64,000 bases of DNA from Chiloscyllium plagiosum. Lineage: Eukaryota. Numbering within the stretch: the stretch's first letter is position 1; each line of letters begins with the position of its first letter. The stretch covers positions 48,406,278 through 48,470,277 of the forward strand of contig NC_057718.1 in assembly GCF_004010195.1 (NCBI RefSeq). The letters run 5' to 3'. Shown one piece after another: positions 37,651 to 51,400 of the stretch. Below the pieces are notes generated by a model. That model worked only from the letters and a program-made list of their open reading frames with translations. It was not told the DNA's origin and searched no databases. The translations under genes and the position numbers were made by a program.

Positions 37651-39825
37651 CTTCTTCAACACCTATTTTCTCTCGGTCTTTCCTATAGAAAATGTAGTTA
37701 GCTGTTTTATGGTAAGTGATAAGGAGCCAATTGCAGGGTTTCTTTAATCAAGGAGCAAATTTATTAACTACTAAACCCAAGAAAATAAGTGACATCAAAC
37801 ACATGGCCTTTGTAAAGTCACATTGGTCCATTGATGCATAAATATTAAAGGGGAATAGTATCAAGTACAAAGGGAGATAAAAGAATGCGTTTTGTCTTTT
37901 GGATGTCTATGAGGCATATAATTTTAACCTGAGGATGATGTAAATTGGTTGGTTTCTTGAATTCAGCCAATCGTAGCAAATGTTAGTTATTGAAAATTCT
38001 CAGTTCCTTGTTTTTTTTGTCTCTGAAGGATCTGGGTACCAACTTCTTCGGAGAAAAAGAATCGAAACAATAATTTCTGTTCAATTAGCTGTTAAAATGC
38101 TCTTGGAACCTCCTCTGAAATATTGGTTCCAATATATATATCCAAGATGTTCTTTGAGTGGGTTTGTAAGTGACAGCCATTGTATCAATGTCCAGTAATT
38201 TGCATTTGTTAACATACTCCTGAGACAATGGTAGGTAAAAACCCAGCTGTCAGCTCATAATAGGGACAATACATTTTTACCAAAGCATTTTGATGGTCCA
38301 TTGCAGGAACTCCCTGTTATCCTTTGTAGCTGTAGTGTGTGGCAGAGATGGTGATGGGTTCAAACCTCTTGTTTGTATAATGAGTTTCAAATTTAAGTCT
38401 TTGGTCCAGCAATACCTGAAATCTTGGCCCAGAGACATGTGAAAGTCTCATGGTGAGCTGTCTATTCCAGGTGAATTTAAATGTCCAGGTTGGTACTCCT
38501 GCATAGCCCAACTATATTAGTCAGTCCTCGCCATTTGACATTGCTTTGTATATTTGAGAGTTTAGGCTACTTTCAGGTCACGTGACACTTAAAGTGTCTT
38601 AGATGTTTTTTAAATCTGTTTAACACTTTTTACTCCAAAGTCCTAGACTTTTAAGCTGATAGATTTTATATCATCATGACACAAATGCATCTGTTTGTGA
38701 TAATATTGGAAGGAGTGATACCCAATGCAGTTATGGACTGTCATTGAATACAGTTCTGCTGATGATTCACAGCACCACCTGTTGTCCAGTTTTTGAGTTG
38801 CAAGATCTGTTTTAAATCTATCCAGTGGTGGTGTCACAAAGTAATGCGAATATGCTATCCGAGGTAAAGTGTTGTTAAACATAGCTATAAGATACTTAGA
38901 CTTAATGAGCTATACAATTTTTTTTGCATTGAGAGGAATACATTTATTTATCTCCTTCTATACGTTGGGAAAGGAAAGTATTATTTTGCAAAAACAGTCA
39001 AGAAATACATAGCTATTTGAAAACATGTGTTACAGCCTTCTTATCAAATCTTTTCAGTAAAGATGTGAATATGCATTTTTCTCTCTCCCTCTTTTTTTCC
39101 CTCCATACTCAATCCTTTTGCAACAGTATAACCTATAACTTGGTAGGAATAATGAAATGTGATATCTTCTAGTGTAAATAAAATGCTTCAATCCAGTGTG
39201 TGCCTGTTACATTTAAAAGGAATAATATGAAAAATTAGTCACTTCTTGATTTCTTGTGGAGATTTTTCCTAATGCTTCCCTTGATGCTTAATGCTACAAA
39301 TAAATAACCTGTAGCTAGCCTATTGTTCACTTCAGTTATGAGCCTGTTATATTCTCTTTCGTTTATCGTCATTTGGTTAAAATCCTGGAACTTCAACCCA
39401 ACAGCAGTCTGAGTGAATCTACATTATATTGACCTGAAGCATTTCAAGCAAGTGGCTCTCCACTACCTTCTCAAGGGTAGCTAGGGATTAGTAATAAATA
39501 CTAGTCTTGCCAGCAATGCCTACTTAGATAAACAAATTGATTTAAACACAGCTAATACAACTGTGAACCTGACTGCAAACCATGGAAAAATCCTAAGGGA
39601 AATTAGTTTGTCTGAAATACAAATAAATATCTTTGTTGATGAATGTATTCTTTTAAGGACTGCAAGAGTCTCTCATTGTTCTATGTAGATTTTCTCTGTT
39701 CATCCAAGGGTATTAATAATGCATAACTAATTTGATTGAAAGGTTAAACTGTTCGTTTCTTGTTTCTCTACTCCAGTCTGTGGAGAAATCCTTCACTGAA
39801 AATTTCTTTTCCACCCCCATTACAG

Positions 39826-39966
39826 ACGGTGTATAATGATACCAGTTCCTGCATGATGATGTCTGAGGAAACTGTCGAAGATTTCAATACCAAGTTGGAG
39901 AAAAAAGTTAAAATTGAGAATTTCAGGCCCGTGGTAGTAGTGAAGGATTGTAAGCCATATGCTGAG
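39826..39966 (+). CDS. MTARC1/2: mARC exon 4 (141 nt)
   Basis: Acceptor ttacag|ACG. Translates TVYNDTSSCMMMSEETVEDFNTKLEKKVKIENFRPVVVVKDCKPYAE. Donor GAG|gtaaag. Confidence 0.95.
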
Positions 39967-40418
39967 GTAAAGAGTTCACTTGCATTTATGTGGAAATTCA
40001 GAAACTAATGTGTATTCTGTGCTTCGTATTTTAAAACAAATGAAGAGTTGGACAGAGAATCTTAGTGTGGTGCAAAAGTGTTTCATTTTTGGCTTGCACC
40101 CAAAGCAATCTAAGCTATGTCATACTCTTCACTCTAAATATGAAAGCGACAGGCTGATATTTCACTCTGGAAACTTGGGTACAAAAGTGTGCTGACACTT
40201 CACTGCAAAACGTGAGAGTGCTGGTCTATTGTACAGGATATCCTTTTCAAGGCCAAGATATTCAAAATCATAAAGGTTTTGATGTAGTGAAGTGTTTTGG
40301 TGGTTTCAGCAGCAGAAGAGTCAGAAAGTAAAGAAATCCACAGCACTTGGCAGCAGACCCAGAGATGACAAGAAAAAAGATAATTTAATGTAATGGGTTG
40401 TTATAATCTTGGGTGCAA

Positions 40419-43400
40419 TATTATGACACAGGGTAAACCCCTCTAATTTAAACCAGCCACCCAGAAAAGCTCACCTCGCCTCGTAATCTATAAACGTGAG
40501 TGACAAAGAACTACCAAATCCCACTATATTTAAAGAAAAAATTAACAATTTATTCTTTAACTCAAAGGAAACAAGAAAACATTAAACAACAACTATCTAT
40601 GCTGTAACCCTCCATTGTCTGATCAATTTATCTACTTCCGACTCTACTATAATATACTGACCTGATAAAACCCTCTGATTAAGTTATCAACAAAAAAAAA
40701 ATCACATTTCAAAACTGTCAGTCTCCCCTTTGTATTTCTGTAATCTCTCCCTCACATCCGATTCAAAATCCAAGTGTGCGATCTCTGACTTTGGTCCTGT
40801 CAATTTCTCTTTAATTAATTTCAAAGGGCCTCTCACTTCATGACTGAATATTAACTCAAAGGGAGTAAACTAAGTAGATTTATCTGGGGAATCTCTAATG
40901 GCAAACAATACAAGTGGAATACCTTTATCCCAATCATTCAGGTAATCCTGACAGTATGCTCGTAACATGGTCTTCAGCTTCTGATGCCACCTTTCTAAAG
41001 CTCCCTGGGATTCAGGATGATACACACTTGATTTAAAGTGTTATAACCTTAAACAGCCTAGCAGTAAAATTAGACCCTTGGTCTGACTGAATGTCTCTGG
41101 GTAGCCCATACTGTGCGAAGAAAGTTACAACTCCTCTACCACCCGTTTTTGCCTTAATACTCTAATGGAATTGCCTTTAGAAATCTGGTAAATACATCCA
41201 TTATGGTTAACAAGTACTCGTTCCCACTTTTAGTTCTTGGGAGGAGACCTACACAATCAATTACAACCCGCATGAAAGGTTCTTCGAATACGGGAATTGG
41301 CAACAAAGGTGCTGATTTTATGACTGTCTGTGGCTTACCTACCATTTGGAATGTATGACACGTACAGCAAAAGTTAACCACATCCTTGTCCATTCCATGT
41401 CATTAGAAATATTTTTGTACCTTAGCCTGAGTCTTCTGTGCTCCTAGGTGACGTCCTACAGTTACTTCATGTGCTCACCATAACACTTCCTGTCTGTATG
41501 CTACCAGCAACACAATCTGGTGCACTTCATCCCATTTCTCCTCTGCACTAACCTGTTGTGGACTCCATTTTCATCATCGGATTCTGTCATTCAGATACTA
41601 ACCCTCAGGAATATTCTCTGCCTCATTTTCTGAGTATGCCTCAATATGTATATCTTTTATTGTCTCATCTTTCTCTTGTAAGTTCCATTAGCCTTTCAGG
41701 ACTAAACACTTCTGTCTGACCCTCTGCCTGTCCAGGTTTTTTCCTGCACCTTTACGTCAAACAGGGTGTCCGCTAATTGAACCTCAACTCCTTCATCTTT
41801 TTCTCTTTTTTGCTTTGTTCTGTGACTTACAATGGTGGGTCCTTGTTACTACACAATCTGGGAAAATACCAGGGTACTATTTTTAACTCTTCAGTTTCCT
41901 GGTCTTCCTTTGGTTTCTCCGCAACAAGGAGTGTCACTCTCACCTTGGACCCTGCTAAATCATTCCCAAGAACAAGCTAGACTCCTGGAACTGACACTCT
42001 GTCAATCCCTCCCACTTACTTCCCCAGTCTTGAGTTGGCACTCCAACCTGATCTTACATAGGGGAACGCTAAGTATCTGTCCACCTATCCTACAATTTAC
42101 CACCCCTCAGGTAACCGGTCAGAAAGATTGCACATTCGTTCATCTCTTACTATTAGAGACTGGATTAGATTCTGTATCTCTCCAAAATGATAACTACTTG
42201 TCCTTCTCCCCTTGTTCTTTCTGAATAAACTTTACCCACAGAGGCAAATTCTTTATAGAGATCAGGTATTAATTCCATACCCATCCCCTGCCTCAGCTGT
42301 GCACACTTGCAGCTCCTCGACTTTCCTTGAGGTTTCCTTTACTACTTTCACCAATGCCACTGCCTTCGCTTCTTTTGCCACATCTTTTCCCACAGTGTCT
42401 CTCTTTAATGAACAAGGCTGTGAATTTACGTATCCCACTTTCTGGCAGTGAAGTGCCTTTTCCCAGTGCCCTGCTTAAATCACTGACACTGTAATTTTCT
42501 GTGTCCTACTCCATTACAGTGAAAACACCTGAGGCCTTTCACCACCATTTCACCCCCTTGGGCTTCTTTTTTAACCTGTGGTTAAACACTTACCTTTGTT
42601 CTCTACTCTTTGTTGCATAGTGTAGGATCTCCCCTTTTCCCAACTTCCATCCCACACAGGATGAAATTCTTGCTGGAAGCTTGCCTTATGCACCAATCTG
42701 CTAACACTGCTGCTCTTCTCACTTCCTGAACTTTCTGTGAATTCTTATAATCTTTGGAAATGAGTTTTTCGAATTCCTCCAGCAGAATAATCTTTCTTAA
42801 AGCCTCATAGGTCTTATCTATTTTTAAGGCCCACATCCATCAATCAAAATGGCTATGTTTAATTCTTTCAAACTCAGCATAAATCTGATATGATTCCTTC
42901 TTTGTGTTTCTGAACCAGTGTTTGTATGCTTCTGGTACCAATTCATAAGCACTTAAAATTGCCTGTTTAACCTCATCATGATCTCTTGACCCTTCACCTG
43001 ACAGCGCTGCAAATACTGCACTTGCTCTGCCTACCAGTTTAGTCTGAACTAGCATTACTCACAAGAATTCTGACCACTCCATCGGCTTAGCCACTTTTTC
43101 AAATGAAGTAAAGAAGGCTTCGGTGTCTTTCTGATCAAAGTGTGACAGAGCTTTGACATATTTGTATATGTCACTACCTCCTCTTTTAACTCTTTTTGCT
43201 GACTAAGTCACAATTTCTGAAGTTCACATTCTCTCTTTTTCTCTCTCTTTGCTCAGCTAAGAACCTCCTCTCTCAATTCTGCTCTCTTTCGCTCTTTTTT
43301 TTCTCTCTCGCTTGCTCTCTCTCACACACACCCCCTCTGCCCCTCCCCACCCCGCCTTCGTCTCTGTTTAGCCTCTAACTTCATTGTCCTCATTTGTAAT

Positions 43401-44931
43401 TTTAAGGTTTTCTAACTCTGCTGCACTTGTTTGTTCCTCTGACACATCGAAGTGTTGAGTAATTCCCTTACAATTTCAGCTTTACTTTTGTCCTTGTTTA
43501 AACCCAATTCTAACCTCTTTTCTACATCTAAGAGCATGGTGTTTTTTCTTTCTAAACTTCCATGGCAAATTTGGGAATCATCTTTAAACCCCAGAATCTC
43601 TTTAGAAATTTGAAGAGCTATTTCCCTTACTTTTAATTTCAGCTACTTGTGGTTGGTTATATTAAACAAATTGTCTTGCCTACATTTCACTTAATGATCT
43701 AGGACATTAACCGGCAAGTGATACGTCTACTGGGATTTTTCCGTAGCCCAAATCTATTCAAATCTGTCCACATCTGAGACTGGAACTGGCCGAATCGCAG
43801 ATCTGAGCACCCCCAACCGTTATGACATGGAGTAAACCCTTCTGCTAATTTACATCAAATGCATAGAAAAGCTCACCTTGCCTTGAAATCTGTAAAAGAA
43901 TGAGTGACAGAAAGATCCCCCAATTTCCACTTTTAAAGAAAAAATTAACAATTTATTCTTTAACTCCAAATAGAAAAGAAAACATTGAACAACAACTATC
44001 TACACCTGTAAGCCTCCTTTTGTCTGATCAATTTATCCACCTCCCACTCTACAACAATATACTGGCCTAATAAAACCCTCCAATTAGGTTAACAACAAAA
44101 AAGAATTAAATTTCAAAACCAGCCAGCTGTCAGTGTCTGCTTTGTATTTTTCTCTGTAGATTTTCCTGGGTTGTCTTTTCTTTGGTGTCCTGCTGCACAG
44201 ATTTCATATGAACAGGTACCTTTCAGAGAGCGTCTCTGTAAGCAGTCTGTTTGTTGGTGCTGTTTGCTGCTCTGGCTAACTGTTCAAAATGCCTGATCTT
44301 TATACCCCAAAACATCAGATCATCTCATTGGTTTAATGTCTTCAAAACAGTAAAATTCAAATACGATTGGATTTTGGTATCTTGGGACATAATTTAAACT
44401 AATTGGCCAAATTTGAATTTGTTGTGTACCATACTAATTCAGCTCAGCTATTTGTTTAACAGTCAAATGTTACATTTTTAAAATGTTTCAGCACATTGTT
44501 TGTTAAGTCCTTGCCAGCTTTCACTCTGATTTACAGTATCCATGGTACTGTACCATAGAATTCCAACAGTGTGGAAACAGGCCCTTCAGCCCAACAAATT
44601 CACACTAATCCTCTGAAGAGTAACCCACACATACACATTCCCCTACGTTTACCCCTGACTAATGCACCTAACCTACACATTCCTGAACACTATGCGCAAT
44701 TTAGTATGGCCAGTTCACCTAACCTGCACATCTTTGGATTGTGGGAGGAAACTGGAGCACTCGGAGGAAACCCAGGCAGACATGGGGAGAATGTGCAAAC
44801 TCCACACAGATAGTTGCTGGAGGCTGGAATCGAACCTGGATTCCTAGCGCTGAGAGGCAGCAGTGCTAGCCACTGTGCCACCCATGACACCTCTGTCTTA
44901 AAGGTACAGAACACTCCACAACTTCATAACA
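40419..44931 (-). mobile_element. Gmr1-like Gypsy LTR retrotransposon (decayed, RT deleted) in mARC intron 4
   Basis: 5' LTR at 43818-44931 and truncated 3' LTR at 40419-~40740. TSD GCAA/GCAC. PBS-like TTGGGGG.GCTC. gag (VKQAILSAYELVPEAY..F), protease (LRDT-like, about 42180), integrase (C..C, PLLPIPVFEEPF..IDCVG.LP, TPFELIF.HEVRGPL). Confidence 0.9.
44555..44890 (-). mobile_element. HE1-like V-SINE nested in the 5' LTR
   Basis: V core and head in reverse orientation. Confidence 0.85.
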
Positions 44932-45035
44932 GCACTGCCTGATAGAGTGGTAGAAGGGTTTGTAATAATAAATAATTGCCCACAAGTGGTCTAAGTACTC
45001 TCATGTACTTAATTTCTTTTTTTTTTAATTTTTAG

Positions 45036-45097
45036 GATACATGGAAAGGTCTACAGATTGGGACTGCAAAATTGCACCACAGGATGTATTGTACCAG
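45036..45097 (+). CDS. MTARC1/2: mARC exon 5 (62 nt)
   Basis: Acceptor tttttag|GAT. Translates DTWKGLQIGTAKLHHRMYCT(R). Donor AG|gtatat. Confidence 0.93.
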
Positions 45098-45395
45098 GTA
45101 TATCCCGAGCCAGTATTACTTTTCTTTCTGCCTTCTGCAGCATCTGGGAGGAGAGAGATGGCTCTTGCCATTATTACTCTTAGCTGAATGAGAGGGGAAC
45201 TGTACAAAAACACCAGTGAACATGTGTTACCCAATGTATCTTGCCCTCCTCTCGATTATTGCATTCTTTGGTTAAATATGTCCCTCATCAATTTTTAATG
45301 CTTGGACATGTAATGACAGTCCGCTGGAGATTCAATGACGCTGAGGATTAGTGTCGCCTTTTCCATGTTATTTTACACTTCTGTCTTTTTTTTAG

Positions 45396-45467
45396 ATGCG
45401 TTTTCACAACTGTAGATCCTGATACAGGAATCATAGACAGGAAGGAGCCACTGGAGTCACTCAGGAG
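45396..45467 (+). CDS. MTARC1/2: mARC exon 6 (72 nt), carries the Mo-ligating Cys
   Basis: Acceptor tttttag|A. Translates (R)[23 protein letters not shown](R), completing the CTRC motif. Donor AG|gtatat. Confidence 0.95.
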
Positions 45468-48400
45468 GTATATACAAAGACAAACTCGTAATAATTTATC
45501 AGTTAAAGTGCTCAAGCTTCCCTGATACGTTGAGAGGTTAATTGGTGGATGCGTGAGGGATTAGCATGTTGCAGGGTTGATTTCTGGCTAACTCAACTGA
45601 TATTGGATGCCTTTAAAATCTGTCTCTGTAATGAGGAGGTAAATGGGAAAGAATTCAGCTCCTGATGGTTATTCAGTAATCCCTGCTAAAACCGATCTCA
45701 CCACCTGAACTGCCCTTGTTTAAATTTAGCACTAACCATTTGCCATTCTGTTTTTCAAATTGCATAGTTGCTGTTTACGTTAAGGCAGACGCAAGTTCAG
45801 TTAGTAGCTTGCACCTTAATGCGGTGCAGTTACCTATTGTACTGCTTGGTAATGAAGCCATAGAAGAAATCGAGATGAAGAGAAACTGACTAAAATTCTC
45901 TAATCACTGAGCAGCATCAAGTACCAGTAATGAGCATTTATTTGCCCTGACCCATCAATGTGTGAATTGTGCTGATCAATAAATGATGTCCATGATGTGT
46001 ATGGCACAACAGGAAAATATGAAGGGTTCTGAATTACAGACCACTGAGTTCCAGCAGAACCATCCTTATTGTGATTCATATAGGCTGGTTGAAGCATAAT
46101 CAGGGAGTAAAGATATTAGCAGGCTTTAAATGCAAAATGTTAAAACATAAACCATTTTATGTTGAAAGGAAAGAAATTGTAACAGTACTAAATGCTTTAT
46201 AGGTAGTGGGAACTGCACCTTGCTCAACAATTTGAATTTGCATTGCTTGTTTAACGTACTCAAGATCCTAACTAAAGCTCTAGGTAAATATGGCCTGACG
46301 TACGTATCTTGCATTCATGGTAAATTTTGAATGTCGCATTGAATATTTCAGCTACACCAGAAAGCACTCGCATAAGCTAAGCTCACTGTCCAGCCTGAAT
46401 CCACATGAATTACTATTGACCTGAACAGAATGAGTGTACTAACATCAATCACAGAACCATAGAAACTGTTAGTGTTGTTTTTTCTGCTACACTTTATTTT
46501 CAAGAACTAAGATGAGTTTGCTACCACGTATCTTTTCTAAAAGAGGGCTTCTATTATCAGTACTGAGATGCCAAGTGATGGTGGGGTAGGCGGCTAGTGG
46601 GGCATGGGGGGGGGGGGTGTAGTGAGAGTTGGGGATGGAAGGAGAGTGGATACAGTCCATAGTCACTGAAGGGCGATGTCTTCAGAAGGGGTGGCCCAAG
46701 GTATTTGAAGTACTTTTTGAGGATTATTGAATTTGATGAGCTAATAAAATGAGTGATAGATATGTTGTCTTTGAGCATTCTGGGAACTGCATGAAACCCT
46801 GCAGAAAGGACCATAACTATGCCATATTCTTCAGCTAAACTTATCTGTCTCCATACCAAATACTTGCAGGGAAACTGGATCAGATAGTAAGTAATGCTGT
46901 TGCCACTAGGTGTCATTGTGGATGCTATTTAATGCATAGAATAAAAATATAATACAAGAAAAAAATTTTCATTGAATTCACCCTGAATGCTCTAGCTTTC
47001 CCAATTTAACATCATTTTTTAATGTTCCTAATTTTTCAGTCTTGCATTTCCATCATGTAGATAATTCTATTTTTAACAGCCTTTGAACAAAAAAAAAGCT
47101 TGTTCTTCACAGTTTTTTCTGGCTCTAATAGTTTGATTTACTGCAAAGTAATATGACATTTTATGTGAGACTACTTCAACCAACTCCTCTTAAGGCTGGT
47201 TTTCATCTGCTTTGTTCCCAAAAATAAGCATTCACTTCAGGTCAAAAGAGAACAGAGATACATATTTGTATCCTGTTAGGGTTTCAGTCATTAATGTTGC
47301 CTGGGCATTTCCTGGGAATACATTCTGTGACATAGATCAGTAATCCCTCCAAGAAGTTCAAGAATGGAAATTATGCAGAGGAGAGAAACATAATAACATT
47401 TGCTGACTTATTCTCTTGTCTCAACCTTGGCTGATCAAGTACCAATATGAAACGTGCCTAGAAGACACCCAGATCATAAGATTTGAGAAGAGCAGGCTGT
47501 AAGGATATGGATGCCTGTCAAATGTTAGGCTTCTTTGGCAGTTGAACTTAGAAAGAAGTCAGGAGGCTTCTCAACTGGTGATTATATCACTGTTGCATGT
47601 TTAGTGTTGTGAGAGTATATTAATGCAATCCTCATAAATCCAGGTAGTAGACCCTGCCAGACGCATTTATAGTGTTTAGCGTAATAAAGCTGCACACTCT
47701 GATATCTCAACACATTGATCAGCTTCCTGCTGTTTGATCTGGTCTATAAAAGCAGTGTCAGCTTTATCTGGAGCCAAGTGAAGAGAAACATTTTAGAATT
47801 CTGCTCTTAATCCCTATCCCACATATATACTTAGTACCCTGAACCCCCTTTAGAACTGTACACTATTTTATATTGTCTCTCCACATTCTTCCTACCAAAA
47901 TGAATAATCTGCACTTAGAATATAGAACAGTACAGGCCATTTGGCCATCTGTTATGCTGAACTTTTATCCTACTCTAAGATTAGACAAACCCTACATTTT
48001 ACTATCAGTCCATGTGCCTATTCAAGAGTTGCTTAAATGTCCCTAATGTATCTGACTCTACGACCACTGCTGACAGTGCATTCCATGCACCCACCACTCT
48101 CTGTGTAAAGAACCTACCTCTGACATCTCCCCAAACCTTCTCCAATCACAATAAAATTATGCCCCCTTGTTATAGCCATTTCTACCATGGGAAAAAGTCT
48201 CTGACTATTCACTCTATGCCTCTCATCACAGTCCATTGTACATCTCTATCAAGTTACTCTCATCCTTTTTCCCTCCAGTGAGAAAAGCCTGAGCTCCCTC
48301 AACCTTTCTTCATAAGACATGCTGTCCAGTCCAGACAGTATCCTGGTAAATCCCCCTCTAAAGCTTCCACATCCTTCCTATAATGATGCGACCAGAACTG

Positions 48401-48481
48401 AACACAATATTCCAAGTGTGGTCTAATTAGGACTGTATAAAGCGGCAGCATAACCTCGTGGCACTTCAACTCAATCCTTCT

Positions 48482-51400
48482 GGGAGATCCAAGATGGCGG
48501 GCTGAGTGGTCTGCTGTGCTGGGTTCTGTGCCCTACCCCCTGGCAAGGTGTTCCTTTACCCCTGCCCTTGTTAACCACCCCAGGAGAAAAATTGATAATA
48601 TAAAGTTACTGAACATCTGGAGCTGCTAAAATTATGGTTTGACAGTTCTAAGATCAGGATGAAGGTGAATAAAGGAAAAGGGGCTAAAGGAGTACAGTAA
48701 GCAGGGCTAATGTGTCAGGGGTGCCCGGAGCCATTGCTCAAACTCCCGGGGTGGCCCCTTTGGATCTAATGGGGCAGAGTTTGCCAACTCTGGTCCAGTG
48801 TTTGATATTGGCTCCATCGCTGCTTCAATCTTCTCTCAAAGAGTAGAAGCAGTGGAGCAGAGGACTGCGGCATTGGAGACCGTGGCGGAGGTCTCGGGAG
48901 GAAGGATCCGAACACTGCGAGACCAGGTTCAGGTCCTTCAGGAACAAGTTGATGACCTGGAAAACAAAAGTACAAGAAAAAAATGTATGGCCTGGTTGGT
49001 CTCCTGGAGCGGGAGAAAGGTGAGGACCTCTTTGGATTCTTGGAGAAGTTGCTTCCAAAGTTCCTGGGGCTGGAGTTGGAGTTGGGCTTGGTGAGTATGG
49101 AGTGGGCCCACCGGATCGCAATGTGCAGGTCTGGACTGGATCTGTGTCCATGCCTGTCCGGAGTGCAACTCCAGCATTATAAAGAAAAACAATTAGTCAT
49201 TGAAACAAGAAGAAGACTGGGAAGAGATCCACAGGCTTTAACATACAAAGGCTCAAGAATAATGTTCTTTCAAGACTTCTCATGAGCCATAGTTAAGAAG
49301 AGAAAGATATTTGAGGAAGTTAAGAGAAAATTAAGCGATCTGAACATTCAGTATTCCTTGAGGTACCCGGCAGTGTTGCGTTTTGCTCACGGGTGAGCGG
49401 TATTTAATTTTGATTCAGCAGAAAAGGTAAAGGACTTTGTGAACTCTTTGAAGTAAAGGACTCTGGTTGGGAGTGGGGGGAAGGTTGGGGTTGGTGAAGG
49501 GACACCATTACGGGCAATGGTACAGATTTTCCTTAGTTTTTCTGGCGCCCTTTTTATCCTCTCTCCACTTTTTGTGGTTATCGGTTTTATAGCTTTTGTA
49601 TTGCCTTGATGTAAAACCTGATTTATTTATCACTTTGGAAGGTTGGTTATTGTCTGGGTTTTTTTTCTGCTGCTGTCCTTTTTTGGGGGTGGCAATGTCT
49701 GTGGTTAAGATGTATGATAAGAGTAGTGGAGTGGAGAGGGTGGGCGTCCATTGTTAACTCTCAGGAATGTAAATAACATGTTCTCTTTATCTGTTCATTG
49801 CCTGGGGCTAGGGCGCGGCCTCAGCTGGAAGGAGCCAGGATGGTTGCAAGGATTGGGCAAGGGGGGAGATCTCTAGTGAATTGGGAGCTATTTGGGTATT
49901 TGTTTAAGTTAAATATAGTGATTAGTTTTTTAGTTGTAGTTTTTAGACTTTAAAGAGTTAATGTCTTTTTCATTTGCTATACATCAAATAATGTTCCTCC
50001 TGTTGGGAAATCACTGGTTTCCCTGGATGACCATGACTCGTGATCTGTTCAGATGGTGTACCTGGAATGTAAAAAGGAGCCACTCCCCTATTTTAAAAAA
50101 AAAGGTGCTTACAAGCCTCAGGAAGGAAAGGGCTGACATCACCCTGCTGCAGGAGACACATTTAACTAATAAAGAAGATCTGAAACTATAGCAGGGTGGT
50201 TATGATAGGGTATTCTTCTTCTTCAGCTCTAAGAGTAGAGGAGTGGCTATACTGGTAAGAAGGTAACTGAGCAAATTAGGGAAGAACTTGGACTGTTCTT
50301 CATTCTTAAAGCTCTAATACATGGAGAAGAGTATGGCGTCCTGAATGTTTATTGTCCCGTGCACCCTCTAAAATTTCTAATTGATGCAGTTGCTAAATTA
50401 ATGAATCTTGGGGTATGCCGTACAATCATAGGAGGGGATTTTAACCGCCTAATGGATCCCGGGGTAGACGGGATGCCAAGGGGTCCAGCAGGTATGCCCA
50501 TGCAATCTTGACAGTTGGTGGACTTGTGTGAGGAGTTGGATTAGTGGATGTGTGGAGGCATCTCCACCTGAATGGAAGAGACTTTATTTTCTATTCCAAC
50601 CCACACAAGTGTCACACGTGAATTTACATGTTCCTTAAATGCCATCAGTTTGTTTGGACAGAACGTTGGCTTGCAGAATTGAGAATATAACTACCTCGGA
50701 CCGTGTGCCAGTGTATTTAGATGTTAAAATCAAGGGTGGCAGAATAAATGCATGAACCCATTCCTGTTAAGGGATAACAAATTTGTTGAGAACGTTACAA
50801 AAGAGTTCAGGGCCTTCTGGGATATCAAATCGGGTACGGCCAGTAATCCAGCAATACTTTGGGAGGCCACTAAAACATATTTACAAGGCCTGATCATTTT
50901 GTACTCCTCTACTAGAAAGAGGTGGGTGGGGATGGGGCAGCAAAGGAGACCCGGCTGAAGGTAGCTGAGGAAGCATATTGGTTATGGAAGCATATGCCTT
51001 CATTGGTTAAGCTGCAGTGGGTCATGGCTCTCTGGGCTGCTCTTGACTCAGTGCATACACAGATGGCAAAAAAAAGGTCTCCTTTGCTAAACAAAGATTG
51101 TTTGCTTGAATTTGGAGGTAAGCCAGGTAGATATGTGGCATATCTGGCTAGAAAGAAAAATGCTTCGTAATCCATTATGTCTGTTAGAGAGAAAGCTGGC
51201 ACAGTTACCCATGAGTTGAAGAAGATCAATGTTAGATTTAGGGGATACTTTGCAGATTTATACCAGTCGGAGGGTGGCAAAGATTGTGCAGTGAGAATGC
51301 AGTCCTTTTTTGAGAACCTGGACCTCTCCAGTATAAACGCGGAACAGGCCTCCCTGTTAAATGCGCCCAAGAAGATACAAGAGGTGCAGGAAGCAATAAA

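Noticed and set aside
37703..38625. Possible additional solo LTR
   Set aside because: It has an LTR-like texture and TG..CA candidates, but I could not find a matching TSD.
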